Positions 11,617 to 24,547 of a stretch of 64,000 nt of DNA are shown piece by piece. Within the stretch, counting starts at the first letter, position 1; every line of letters begins with the position of its first letter. This DNA comes from Prasinococcaceae sp. CCMP 1430 (lineage: Eukaryota; Plantae; Prasinodermophyta). A program made the translations under genes and the position numbers. The stretch lies in the NCBI GenBank assembly GCA_013416795.1, contig RQSC01000015.1:105696-169695 (forward strand), given 5' to 3'. The notes under the pieces are model-generated. The model did not search any database. It saw only the letters and a list, made by a program, of their open reading frames with translations, and had not been told where the DNA came from.

Positions 11617-13610
11617 ATGATAGGAAGCAGCGGCCGCCATCGAACACCCGCCGGCGCACGTGCGACGCTGCTCGTGGCCGGGCTTGCGGTGGCTTGCTCG
11701 GCGCTCGGAGCGTCCGCTTGCTCGCTGCTCTGGACAAACTGCGCGGGCCTCAAGGCTGGCAAAGCTGGCGATGCGGCGCTTGAGAAAGCTAACAGGCTGA
11801 TGGTGCGGCGCGGGCCCGACGCAACCAACCGCGTGACCGGCGAGCGGGGCTTTGAATACGTCCACAATTTGCTGTCGATGACTGGCGCGGGGCTCACTCT
11901 CCAGCCCTTCGTAAGCGCGGATGGCAAGCGCGTCGCCCTCTTTAACGGGGAGATATACAACTTCAAGGTGCGCGCGCGGGCGCGCGGACGCGCGCATTCG
12001 GTGCGCGCCGATTCTTTTCACTTCGATCTCTGACTTGCTTGCTCGTCCTGCGATAGGACTTCGGCGACCACAACAGCGACGGGGAGTGCATTCTGCCACT
12101 GTACGAAAAGTACGGACCCGCGTTTGTTAGCATGCTCGACGGCGAATTCGCCATAGTGGTGGTCGACTACGCCAACGGGACGGCGCTGTACTCGACCGAC
12201 GTCTTCGGCACCAAGCCACTGTGGATTGGCCTCGGTTCCAAGGCCAACGACGAATACGCGCGCTCGCTCGCCGCCACCAACAGCAGCGCAGGCAGTGCGC
12301 CGCCCGCGATCGGCGTGGCCACGTATCCCAGCGCGCTCGAGGGGCTCGGCTTCAAACGTTCGGAGTTGACGCAGGTGCTTCCAAACACCGCCACTGTGGT
12401 GTCACTCGATGCGCCCTACCGCACGCTCTCCACGCGTCGTCTGTATGAATTTGACCTGCGCCAGCACAAGTCCACCGTCGACGACTGGGACAAGGCCTTC
12501 AACGAGGCGCTGCGAAAGCGCGTGCAACACGTCAAGTTTCCGGTCTTTGTGGCCCTGTCCGGTGGGTACGACTCGGGGCTCATCTCGGCCGGCCTCATGG
12601 GCCTGGGCTTTAAGCATCACACCATCACCATAGTGGGCGACCGTGAGGATGAGATCGTCTACAGGCGCAATGAGCTCTGTGGTGACCTGTGCATGCCCAA
12701 GTACTTCCACCTTTCCGTACAAGACATCCGCCACGAGCGCGAGTACATTGCCAAGTCGGTTGAGCCTTTTGAATACGACATCCCGGAGCCTGGCACCGTC
12801 CGCGACCGCGATGGCAAGGGCAAGGGCAAGGGGCAGAGCTTCAAGCACTACGTGGTCGCCCAAGACGAGGCATCCGTTGGCGTATCCACAGTCATGAAAC
12901 TCGCTCGCGAGTCGGGCATCCTGGTCTACCTTAGCGGCGGCGGCGTGGACGAGATCGTCACGGACTATGGATTTCACGGCAAGCCACGCTACGGGCACCA
13001 CTCGCAGAGCTCGTTTGCAGGACTCTTCCCGGGTAACCTCTCGGACATCTATCCATGGAGCAACTTCTTCGCAGGCACCCAGCGTGCATATCTAATGAAA
13101 GAGGAGCACGTCGGAGGCTCGCATGGCGTGGAGACGCGCTATCCCTTTCTGGACGTCGCGCTAGTGCAGGAGTTCCTCTGGCTCACCGCCGACTACAAGA
13201 ACGCCGTGTACAAGCATCCACTGGACGAGGTGCTGACCAGAAAGGGGTATCCCTTTACGCGCGGCCACAAGATGGGCTTCCACATATCCCCATGTTGGCG
13301 GTCGCTCGAGCCAATCGTTGGCATCCCGCTCTGGGTGGGTCCTGTGGACCCGTTCGGCTGCGGCCCCCGGGGAATTGCGCTCGTCGCAAGCTACATCTCG
13401 CTCGCGGCCTCTGCTGTTGTCGCCGCAGCCATCTCCATCATCCTGTACAAGAGAAGCAGTGGTACGATGGCTTCGCCGCTGGGCAAGACTGTCGGGCTGA
13501 TCGTGGCCTCGTCATGGGAGCTGCGTAGGCGCAAGCGCCTTGCCATAGCGATTGCCTTCGTCTCGCTGGCCACAACTGCGGTACTGCTCGTGGTTCCATC
13601 CTTCCTGTGA
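11617..13610 (+). CDS. Asparagine synthetase-like (AsnB family) glutamine amidotransferase with signal peptide and two C-terminal TM helices; join(11617..11967,12057..13610)
   Basis: Hydrophobic leader ending ASA|C, RRGPD, QPFVS...LFNGEIYNFK, SDGECIL, LDGEFA, DVFGTKPLW, PP-loop ALSGGYDS, LSGGGVDEI and ETRYPFLD. In-phase GT-AG intron at 11968-12056. Confidence 0.88.
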
Positions 13611-13954
13611 CGGGAATGGCGACCGTCCAAATGTGCGCCCAGGACGAGACGTGATACGACTGCCACGACACATAGGCGACTATCTCACTTTGAGTACTTC
13701 GAAAGGCTTGGCGGGGCAGCGGTGGACGCGCGTGAGCTCGCGTGGCGGGTACGGCGTTTGAGTTACATGAAAGGGAACGGGGGGGGGTGAGAGGTGACGT
13801 CACCAGCCGCGGCAATGGCCGCAATCTGTGGCTGAAACTGGGCTGAAAGATACTCCCGGCGGCTGTCGATCTTGCGGCTTGACCGAGAGTACCTCACGGA
13901 AGCGCGTTTGGATTTGCAACCGCCGCCCGACCGGGCCGTGCAAGCGAGTGCCAG

Positions 13955-15418
13955 CTAGGCTGACAGCGCCACCCTGAAGCTCATTCGTCCGAGGTCATGG
14001 AAGAGTCCACCTTCCAAGCACGGCTGCAAGAAGTACGGCGCGGTGGGCAAGAGGATAAGAGACACCACCGCCGTCGCGACCACCTGAGGCATCGCACGTC
14101 CGATTGCAGCGCCCACGCGCGTGCGTTGCAGCAGCGCCTGGCCAAGTGTAAAGGGTAATTGCAGAATGAAGAAGGTCAGCACCGTTCCCGGCGCGTAACC
14201 TGGGAAAGCGACCAACCATGCGTACTCGTGGAAGAACCCCGACGACAGGAACGCCGCCAGCGACGCCAGCGACGCCGGCACGCCGCTGTCCTTGAGCGGA
14301 ACGAACACCGTTCGACGAATGAGGCCATGGACGAGCAAGTTCCAACGCCGCCCCCAGAACTGCTGCGGGCTGGTCGAAAGCAACAGCGGGGACCTGAAGA
14401 GTGTGATAGGCGAGTGCCCGCCCGCAAGCAAAAGCAGGCTGAAGACGTCGAAGCCCATGGATAAGAAGAGGAATATCAACCACGTCTGGGCGTACGAATT
14501 GACCAGCTGCTTGTACGAGCCAACAGGAGCGGCTGAGTACGGGTTGTAGTAGCTTCGAGAGCCAGCACTGCCGGCAGACCCGGCGCTCGAATATACATAT
14601 GATTCCACGCTTGCGCCAAGTGCCAGGTACTCCCTCGGGTGCAGCCAGCTGCACAGCAACGACAGGAACACGAAACGGGCAAGCATGGAGCGCGCGAGGC
14701 GCCCCAGCTCGCCCCTGCGGGCGCGTGCAGGAAGACCCGCCGTGTCAAAACGCGCCTCCACCGGCGATGCGAGCAGCAGCAGCGTGGTCATCCTCAAACC
14801 CACATTGCCATGCTCTCCTGCACGCCCTTCGGCCTCACTGCTCCCGCCGCTGTCGCCGCCGTTGCGGTCCTCCCCTGCGCCGCTCCCACCGCTTGTGCCG
14901 GAGGACGACGTCCGTGGCGCGGCTCCGAAGCATCGCGCGTGCGAACGCACCCCTGAGTACGGTCGGTGGCGGAGTATATGCGCGGTCCGTGTGTGTATAC
15001 GCTACTGCCGCGAGCGGTACGCGCCCTCGACGTGCCCGCGTCACAGTCGACGTGGTCACAAGCAATGACTGCACTCAGCGCGCACGCGCGCGTGCGATGC
15101 GCAGGCGTACTGCGTGCACGGCGCACGCACCGTGCGCAACGAGCGCTGCAGCAAGGGTGGCACCGCAACAATCGCGCCGATGCACAGCGCGGGTAGCAGC
15201 ACGTCCTGGGCGAACTGCATCCAGCGCGGGTGACGCACACCCCTGCCACTCCCATCCTTCTTGGCTGCCGCATCTCGGCGCTTGCGCGCGCCTGTGCCTG
15301 CGGCCGCCGCCACGCCCGCGCACGCAAGCGTCGCCGCCGAGACGCACAGCACCGCCGCGATGGCCTCCACCCACAGCTCGCCGTCCGGCGGGTGCAGCGT
15401 GAGACGCGGAGCGCGCAT
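13955..15418 (-). CDS. MBOAT (wax synthase-like) membrane-bound O-acyltransferase, multi-exon
   Basis: FRSPLLLSTSPQQFWGRRWNLLVH and AFLSSGFFHEY (catalytic Asn/His), multiple TM segments; first exon starts MRAPRLTLHP at 15418. Confidence 0.88.
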
Positions 15419-15846
15419 GGCTCGCGCCGGCCGCGCCCTCTGGGCAGCAGCCGGCCGCCGCCGCGCGCTGCGCGAACGGAGCAGGGCCCCTCCTAGCCCC
15501 CACTTTTGCGCTCTCAGTCGCTCCCCCCCCCCCTTGCCCCGCCACCCCAGCCCGCCCTCCGCGTGGCGTGTGGGGGCCCCCCAGTGCATCCCGTCGTGCG
15601 CGCGCACCTCGCCCCACTGAAACCGACACGCGATGCACCCCCGTCCGTTTCTGCGTCGTGGGACCCCCAGCCAGCGTGCCACCCCCGTCCAATGATCCAC
15701 CATCGGCCGCAAGGGTGGAGGGAACAGTGCGGGGAAAGGACTTCTTCCCCGGCCATACATCCACGTTTTGATGCTGTGGCGAGTCCGCGGACGGCGACGC
15801 GGGCGCCTCGGACCAGCCGACGAGCGCGCGTGCGCGCGCGCGCGAG

Positions 15847-18800
15847 GTGAGAGTCGCGCGGTCCGCGGCTGGCGCTGACTTCCACGAGGCCATCCGTCGC
15901 GCGTTCGCCAGCCACTCGGCGGAGCTGGACAAGGACCTCACGGTGCACGATGTCAGCGGCGCCGAGGTGCGCTCGGCTCGCGACGCGGAGGCGGCAATGG
16001 CGCGGACGAGGAACGCGCCGCTGCTGCTTCGCGTGGGCGGACGGCTGGTGCGCCAGGTGTCCGACCGAATCCAATTCATCCCCGATGCCAAGGCGTTGAC
16101 GCAGGCCGGCGCGTATTCGTACGCCGTGACCGAGGGGCGCATGGAGCTCACCTACCAGCTGGCGGAGCTCATCGACAACTCGTTGCGCGCCATCAGGGTA
16201 CGCAGGGAGGAGCATCCCGGCGCTGACGCGTCCGATGAGGGCACTGTGGTCGTTGGGATCCACAGGCGGAAGGAGGGTAGCGGATGCGCCATCTGCATCG
16301 AGGATGACGGCGTGGGCATGGATCAGACCGACGTCACCAACTGGGCGACGCTCCACTATTCGATGGAGGACAGGGGCTTGCTCGAGAAGGTCAATCCCAA
16401 TGGCCCACACCCTGAAAAGTACCTGAGCGGCAACACCTCCTACTACGGCGTCGGAGGCAAGCACGCGAGCTTTGGCATCGCCCGCGACGTCAAGCTCATC
16501 ACCAAGAAGGCCGGCCAGCCGATGGTGTGCGAGGTGGAGCTCATTCAGGACACGCTCGAGGAACAGACGAAGCAGGGCGTCCGGGCGGAGGACAAGTACA
16601 CCGCCGGCACGAAGTGGCGCGACCTGTGTGACAAGTCGAGCCAGGGGGAGGTCGAGCTGTCGTACGGCGCGCTGGCGCGAATGGTGGCGCTGGAAGGTCC
16701 TGGGCGCAAGCGCCGCGCCGACGGTGTGCGCAGCGCGGTGGCCCGCAGGGTCCGGAGCAACTACCAGACGGAGGACATCGAGGACGCCGACTCAGCCGAG
16801 GCGGAGGGAGGGGAAGCCGCCGCCGCCGCCACCGGACCTGCTGCCGAAGGGAAGGGCGGCGACGGCCCCGCCGACGACTTGACCGCGGCTGCGGCCTCGC
16901 TGGAGCAACAGAATGCGGTCTGCTTCACCCGCCTGGTCCTGACGAGGATCAAGGATCACGTGCCGCCAGAGCTTGGAGATCCGAAGTCCGACGCGTCGAT
17001 GCAGCTCACGCGAGACCTCGCGCACGTGTACCACTACTACCTGCATGGGCCCGACGGTAACAAGTGTGAGGCGGCGGGCGGTGCCTCCGCGACGGAGGCA
17101 GCCACGCAGGTGACTCTCGGCACGCAGGCCTCGCGCCCGAGGCAGAGTGCCCTGCAGCCGACGGTCATTCCGGAGTTGCTCCTTCGATGGTACGGCAGGG
17201 ACGGAGAGATCGTGCACGAGGATGACCTGCGCGACATCAAGTCGAACCATCCCAACGGCGTCAAGCGCGTCGAGGACCCGGAGACGCAGTACCTGCGCGC
17301 GGCCAAATCGACCTTCAAGTTCACCATCCAACCTCTTAATAGGACTCCGGCGATTATCGAGCTGCGCTACTACCCGTTTGACCAGCACCGGGAGACGATG
17401 CCGTCTTCGGACCTCCACATCTGTGCTGACCCGTCGGATGACGAGGGCGCCGACGATGACAACGTGGCGCTGGCAGACAGGGCGCTCAGCGGGACGGGCG
17501 TGGGTGCGGGCAGCAGCGGCAGTCACGCGAACGGCGGGGGTGTCGTTGGCATGCCGAAAGCGAATGGTCGTCGCGCATCCAGAATGATCGACACGTGGTG
17601 GGTCGGGCGCCACGTGCCCGAGCACCATCTGAGCGCCCTCAGCTGGATGAGCGAAGCGCTAAACGCGAGCGACAAGGTCAGCCCCTTCGTCGCGGATCGC
17701 ATCCACGGATCGATGTGGGTTGGCGCCGACTACAAGCCTTTTGCGAACAAGCTGAAGCTCAACGAGGATCTGCCAGCCCTGCTTACGTCTGCCGGGGCGA
17801 GCATCCGACCGCGCGACGCCAAGAGCGCATTTTTGAAGTGGGCGGAAGAATGCCACCGGGAGCTCGACAAGGTCGTGATGTACACAGACAAACTGCCGGC
17901 AGAGGCCCAGGATGTTGCAGGCATGACGCGCTTCGGCGCCTGCTCTGTGCAGAGCGAGGGAGGCGGCGCCAGCACGCGCGCGGAGGGCCTCCTCAGGGTT
18001 GGTGACTGCGTGAAGATCCCCAAAGCCAGAGGCAGGTCCGAGGTCGTGGGCAAGGTGAAGAGTTTTCTAGTCAACGGCAACCACGACCACCCCAAGTGCA
18101 AGGACGGCTCACATCACGTCAACGGCGAGGTGGAATTCTTGCCTCCAAAGTCGCGCGAAGGCGTGCCGTCCCCGAACCCTGTGCGCAAGAAGCTCAAGGA
18201 CATCGAGCGAGCTACTGAAAAAGAGTACCGGGCCTATGCGAAGAAGCTCGTGCAGGCGCTTCCGCAGGGCCTGAGCGTCACATTCGACCCGACGTCTGGC
18301 AGGGCTCACCCCTGCCCACCTCTCTCTCTGTCTCAGTCCAAGGTGCCAGAGCACTCCTGCGGGTACCAGCTGCCTGAGATTTTCGTCCAAGTGATGGCTG
18401 AAGGCAACAAGCCGACCGCGAAATTTGTAGGCACGGACGAGAAGTGCATCGTCGTCATGCGCTTCGGGGAGCTCGACGAGGTCAAAGGCGAATTCGTCAA
18501 CAACGAGTTCTCCACAGTGGAGAACGCCGCGCCATTCAAGGGCAAGAATGCAAAGCACGTGCCGCCCATGGCCTACACATTTAACCCTCCGCCTCCGATC
18601 ACCGAGGCGGGCGCATACCGCCTGGAGTTCATTCTGAAGGACTACGAGGAGCATTTCGTCAAGGGGAGGTTCGACTTCAAGGTGGCACCATCGCGTGCGA
18701 CCGGGTTTGTTGTGCGTGCAGCCAGTGGCGACAGCGTCGGGACCTGCATTCCTGACCGTGCACTCGAAAGACGGAAGTTCCTCCCTCTGGACGCGGACTC

Positions 18801-21800
18801 GCTGGGTGCCGTCGTCATTGGCACGCCGATTCCGAGCTTCGACGTCTGCTTCGTTGACGACCACGGGAACAGCGTCAAGGACGCTACACTCGGTTACGAA
18901 ATGCTCGAGGAAGACCTGATCAGCATCGAAGAGGTGACCACTCCAAAGGACAGCGATGTGCCCGGCCTCAGGATCAAGTATGCCGGCGCTTGGCACGACG
19001 GTGGCGTTTATCGCGTGTCGGACTGCACGCTCTCGTACGACACGGATCCGACGGGCACCCCTGCGTCAAAGCTGCCGCCCTCAGGCACGCGATACACGCT
19101 CAAAATTTCTGCGCGACAAATCATCAAAGATGCCACAAGCGACGTGCCTTTCATGGCCTTCCCTGGGTTGCCATCGCGCGTCGTTTGCGACCAGCCCGCG
19201 CTCACATGCGACTCGGGCACGGCTCTCGAGGACGTGCTCGTCACGCTCAAAGACGTGAAGAACGCGCATGTCTCCATGGCCGCGCTCGCAGAGCTCGGCC
19301 TCGCGTACAGCATCCAGGCCGTCGTAGAGGGCGAGGTTGTGGGCACGGCATCCCTGAACGACGATGGCACCGCGCACGTCAAGGGGGCGGTGATTGATGG
19401 CGCGCAGCGCGACACGGTCATGGAATTCCGGATTTCCGTTGCTAAGGCGGTCGGCAGAAAGAATACGAAGGAGCTCAAGGCCGTCATCGCTGAGGCCAAG
19501 AAGTCAATTGAGGATGGCAAGAAGTCAATCGAGGGCGCGCCTCTGAGCCAAGTCCCGGTCAAGGTCGGAGCGAGCAGGGCGCCGGCCAGGCTCGCGCTCA
19601 TCCTCGCGGGCGAGGAGTTGCCGGGAACAGAGCTGCAGGAGGGTGCAGGCTGGGAAGAGATCCACACGAGCATCAGTGACGTGCCAGTCAACATGCCCAT
19701 CACTAACTTGAGCCTTCGCGTCTACGACATGGCAGGCCGTGAGGTGAAGGACTTCAACGACAAGAGCCAGCCGTGGAGTGCTGATGAGCTGCAGATGTCG
19801 TGGAAGGAGGGCACGACCGTCGCCTACAAAGCGTGTGCATCGGACGGCAGCCTGAAGCTTCACGACATCGGAACGGACATGCTCGGCCGGGAGACGGGTC
19901 GCAAGATGCTGTGGGCAAAGTTGAAGGGAGGGCGCGGCCGCCCGACGCTCAAAGTTAACATCGAGGTCCGCAAAAAGCCCGGTCTCGCTGCGCAAATGGC
20001 ACTCACCCTGCGCGCTGGCAGGCTCTCCGATGGCGTCGTGGCGACGCAGAGGAGCGGTGGCCGATCGAATAGGTCTCTACCATCAAGCGACACCACCCGG
20101 TGTGGCGAGCCTTTCGTGGTCGAGGTGGCCATCGAGGACAAGGACGGGAACCCCTGCACCAGGCTACCTGTGCTGGAAGAGGTGTGGCGCGCTTTATCGC
20201 CGGCCCATACGTAGCGCGCGAGGCGTCGGCGCCGGCGTCCTGAACCGCGAGCTGCGCGCGCGCGCGCGCGCGCTGACCCGCCACCGGCTCGCGCCCCCGC
20301 AGCGAATGATGTGCGACAATGAATCCAAACGTCTCCTCAGGATCGTGAAGACACCCAACACTGCAAGCAATCCCGTCGACTTCAAGAAGTCCGATGGGCG
20401 CTGGATCTCCAAGAACGGGGGGGACATCTTCGAGATCGAGTTCACGCTAAAACACACAGTGGGACCATTCACAGTGAAGGTCCAAAAGGTCGTCATCGAC
20501 GCCGACGATGAGCATGGCAAGAAAAAGAAGAAGAAGAAGGCCAAGCATGTCATCGAAGGTGACGAGTGGACGGAGACGTTGATGGCCGGCAGGCCGACAG
20601 GCTTGAAGGTGTCCATCGAGGGTGTGGCCAGAGGTGACAGCACCCTGAAGACGATCATCGGCGGCCCCTTGAAGCCCTTGGTCATCAAGGCCGTGGACGC
20701 GCGGGGCAGCGTCGCCGATACGGCAAACTTCGAGGTTGCCATCGAACCTCGGGCCGAGCCCATCGGCGACCCGCAGGGTAGGACGGCAGCGACCATCACA
20801 GTGGCAAAGAAGAGCAAGGGCAGAATGCGCGGCAACCTCAAAGACGGCATGCTGAGGATATCCGGCCTCGTGCTGGCCGCTGCTACCGCACCAGGGGCCT
20901 ATGGTCTCAATGTGGTCGTCAGGCGAGGCGGTGGCGACGTCACCGCGAATTGGGAACCGGCGCAGGTGACGCTGGAAGCAGCTGAGCCAAACACGGTCGA
21001 CGCGCTCGGCGTGCTGCTGTTGCCGCCCGGTCAGACGCCCGGGCCGAACACCGCGGCCATCTCCCAGCCGGCACAAGCAGAGTCGGCGAACGCGAGTTTC
21101 GCCGCGGGTGACAATTTGACGGCTTGGGTGGAGTGCAAGTGCCGCGGCGTGAGTCCTCCTGAGGTGGAGCTCGACCCCTCAGCAGCAGGTGCGTCCTCGG
21201 GCGGGGGTGGCGGGCCGCGCCAGACATTCCCTTCGACGCTCGACACGATTGAGATGACACAGACCTTGCGGGAGGCACCCGTGTCCGCCATGGACATCGT
21301 CAATGGCGCGTGGCGAAAGCCCAAGCTGGCCCTCCGACTCAAGTGCACGCACTACGAGCCGCCAGATGGCGATGGGACGAGGCCGCCCCCGAAGAAGCGA
21401 GCTCGCCGCGGCCAGAAGCTTCCCGATCCCCTCGATCTGCTGCCCTGCGCCAAGCCCTTGCAGGCTGACGGGCGATGGTTCTTCAAATTCGAGCTGCCCC
21501 CTGCCCTTGTGCTGCGCCACCCAGGGCGTTGGACAGCAACCGCTGAGTACATCGAGGCACGCGCGGATCTGCTCGATGCGCTGCCAAAGGACCAGTTGAA
21601 GCGCACGAGCACCGCGCAAATCCTCGAGGTCGTGCCGGGGAAACCCGCCAAGCTCGTCGACCATGGCGATCTGGCCAGGCAACGGGGGCTGCTGTGTGTC
21701 AGCGACGGTGCCGCCGCCCCCGAACCGCGCGTGATCGCGAAGGATGTGGCCGTCCGCGTGCTGGACGCCAATGGCAACGCCTGCAACAGCGGCGGTGTCG

Positions 21801-23554
21801 CAATTCAGGCCTGGCTGGAGCGTCCTGCCGAGAGCGGGCCCCAGGCGCCGTCGCACCTGCTCGCGCTCGAGACCGACGAGGATCGCGCCGGCGTGAAGGT
21901 GCTGGAGGAGGCGGATGGGGCGGTGCGGCTCGTGGTCGCATCCGACGACAGTGGCGTTGCCAGCTTCGGCGCGATGAGGGTGGCACCCGGAGCTGCGGGC
22001 GGGGCGGACTGCGAGGCGACGCTTGTCTTTGCCCTGCTCGAGGAGCAAGGCGCGCGCCACGAGCGTAAGGTGGAGATCACCAGCGCGACCGCTTTGGTAC
22101 TCGAAGGCGTGGTCGGCGAGAAGCGCGCACGGGCAGAAGCCGAAGCACAGGTGGTTGCCGAGAAGCGTGCGAGGAAGGAAGAGGAGGTTCTGCTTACGCA
22201 GCGCCGCGACGATTGTCGGAGGGCTGAGGAAGAGCTGCGCAGGGCTGAGGATGAGCTACGCGAGGCCAAGCGCGGCGTCAGGTCTGCTCGCAAGCAGGCC
22301 GTCGACAGCCGTGTGCCGAATCACATCGTGAAGCGCTTGACCGACCTCGAGGCTGCGCGCGCGGAGCTGAGAGTCCACAAGGAAAAGCTCGAGGCGGAGC
22401 AGGCAGCAACCGCGGCGCTCGGTGGCACCGAGCCTCCTCGGATGTGCATTCGAAAGCCGCAGTGGGCGCCTGGTCCAAACGGCGCGGCTGATGAGCCGAG
22501 ACCATTCGCGCAAGGGAGGCTCGACCCGCGGGGCGACCCCTCCAGAACTGGCATTGCGCGCGGCAGGTTCATTGCTGACCTCAGGGACCAGCGCGACAAA
22601 GCGTGGGCGCAGGGGCTAAAGCCTGACGGTGCCGAGGCGATGTTGCACGGCGTCGGCTTCGAGCTACTCGTCGCGCGAAACAACGACCCGGCCGTGAAGA
22701 AGCTCGTCGAGCTCCTCTTCAAGACTCAGCTTCAATACCTCATCGTTCACACCAACGAGCAGAAGGAGGCGATCAAGCACATGTGGGACGAGAAATGGAA
22801 GGACCGCGCTCCGAAGGACCAGTGCCCGAGCATCCTCAGTATGGATACCCAGCCTTCCAGGCCGCCGGTTAGTGGTGAGCAGCTGCAAGGTTGTGAGGTA
22901 GCGGCAGACTACCCGTGGCCGTGGCCGCACTATAAGGCTGACGACCTGAGCACCGACGAGAAGAGGAAGGCGCCGCCCGGATGTCGTGGCTACCTCTTCA
23001 ACCTCGTCGATCCCTCCTCGCAATTTCCGAGGGGCTCTCAGCCGAACGGCAAGGACATGCGCGTCGCCATCAAGGCGATGGTTGGCCCTACGCTCGTCTT
23101 CAAGGACTCGAAGTCGATGAACAGCTACCGCAAATTCTGCGTGAGCAAGCGTGTGGGCTGTCCGAACCTTGTCTGTACGGGCAGCTTCGAGCGGCTGGAC
23201 AGCAGCGGCATCACCCATTTCATGGCACGGGAACCAGAGAAGGTCGCGCTCCTCGGCACGCTCGACCTGAGGGCGGATGGTGCTGCTGGCGGGGACATCG
23301 TTTCGGCCGCGGGCGCGGGCGAGGGTCCGAGCAGCAGCGGCCCCCGGGCAGGGCGGGCGCGCGGCACACCCCTGGTGCAGATCGTAGAGTCCTTGCGATG
23401 GGTCGTCGACAAGTACGAGCTCCTGGAAGACGCGCAGCAGGCGCACGAGGACGCGGAGCAGGCCCTCGCTGAGGCGCAGCGGACTGCCGGGGACAGCGGC
23501 GCTGGCTCTGGCGCGGGCGCGGGGGCGAGCAAGCGCTCGCGCCGCCAGCAGTAG
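15847..23554 (+). CDS. SMCHD1: SMCHD1-like protein (GHKL ATPase, transducer/BAH-like region, beta-rich linker, coiled coil, SMC hinge); join(~15847..20181,20303..23554), true start not resolved
   Basis: YQLAELIDNSL, IEDDGVGM, SYYGVGGKHA, RDLAHVYHYYLHG, LRYYPFDQHRETMP; coiled coil at ~22100-22400; hinge-like GYLFNLVD...PTLVFKD...GCPNLVCTGSFERLDSSG. Phase-0 intron at 20182-20302. Confidence 0.88.
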
Positions 23555-23668
23555 CGCATGGCGTACGCGCGCGCTGCGTGAGAGGGCGCAGCGACCTAAG
23601 CGAAACAGCGACCTCTACACACCACTACTACTGGCGCCTGCGCCCGTTCACGACCTCCTGCTAGCTAG

Positions 23669-24530
23669 CTAGCTGCCTCGCCTACACAGTGTGACCCTCG
23701 CGCCGCCGCCGCGAGCTCGCTCGTTCACGCCCAGCACCTCGAGCCGCCCGACGCCGCGCACGCTCAGCACGTCGCCCTCTCGCACGCCCGCCCCCGCGCG
23801 AGGTGCCTCGTCGCCCCAGTTGAGCCGCACGCCGCCGCGCTTCGCCATGAGCTCGGCGGCGCCCGCGCGGGAGAGCTTGAGTCCCGCCGCGAGCACGGCG
23901 TCGAGCCGTGGCGGCATGCTGCCCACCGCAACGTCGAAGGGCTCCCCGCGCTGCGGCGGGGGCACCTCGGCGAGCGCGCGCTCGTACGGCAGCGCCTCGG
24001 CGTGCACGCGCACGCCTCGCACTCGAAGCTCGCCCTCGCAGCCCCCGTGCGAGAGCACTTCAGCGGTGGTGGGGTCGCACACGACGTACGCCGCAGGCGC
24101 ATCCTTCGCCTTGGAGCGCGCGCCGGTGTCCACGCACTCGTCGACCACAACCACGTCGCCGAGCTTCGCCCTGCTCAGCCCCTCGCCGCTGCACAGCGCG
24201 CCAAGGAAGTCGCGCTGCGTCGCGCTCGCGAAGCGAAAGTCGCCGTACAGGCCAACCACGCAGACGAAGTCGGCCGCGGCTGCGGGTGCGAGCACCAGCG
24301 CGCCGCACGGCTCCGCGCCGTCCCCCTCCTCCCCCGCGCACATGGCCTCGAGCACCTCCGCCCTGCCCGCCACCAGCCGCTGCCGCTCGGCATCGACGCG
24401 TCCGCCGACGCGCGCGTAGCGCACGTCTGCCAGCTGCGCGAGCGCCGCCTCGGCCTCGGCGCGCTCCGGCGGCGTGAGGAAGTCGGTCGCCGCGGCGCCC
24501 CAGTCACGCGCCGCGCGCTCCGCGAGGTCG
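23669..24530 (-). CDS. YlmH/Sll1252-like S4 RNA-binding protein (photosystem II S4 domain type), 5' truncated at N-gap
   Basis: TDFLTPPE, GG..DAERQRL, RDFLGAL..GLSRAKLGDVVV, RLDAVLAAGLKLSR, VRLNW and EGDVLSVRGVGRL. Confidence 0.88.
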
Positions 24531-24547
24531 NNNNNNNNNNNNNNNNN

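Noticed and set aside
7872-13610. Bacterial contamination (LdcA, AsnB-like)
   Set aside because: Both genes carry spliceosomal introns and match host composition.
15847-17900. GHKL ATPase as HSP90, MutL or a prokaryotic MORC defence protein
   Set aside because: Flanking motifs, the intron and the C-terminal hinge fit SMCHD1.
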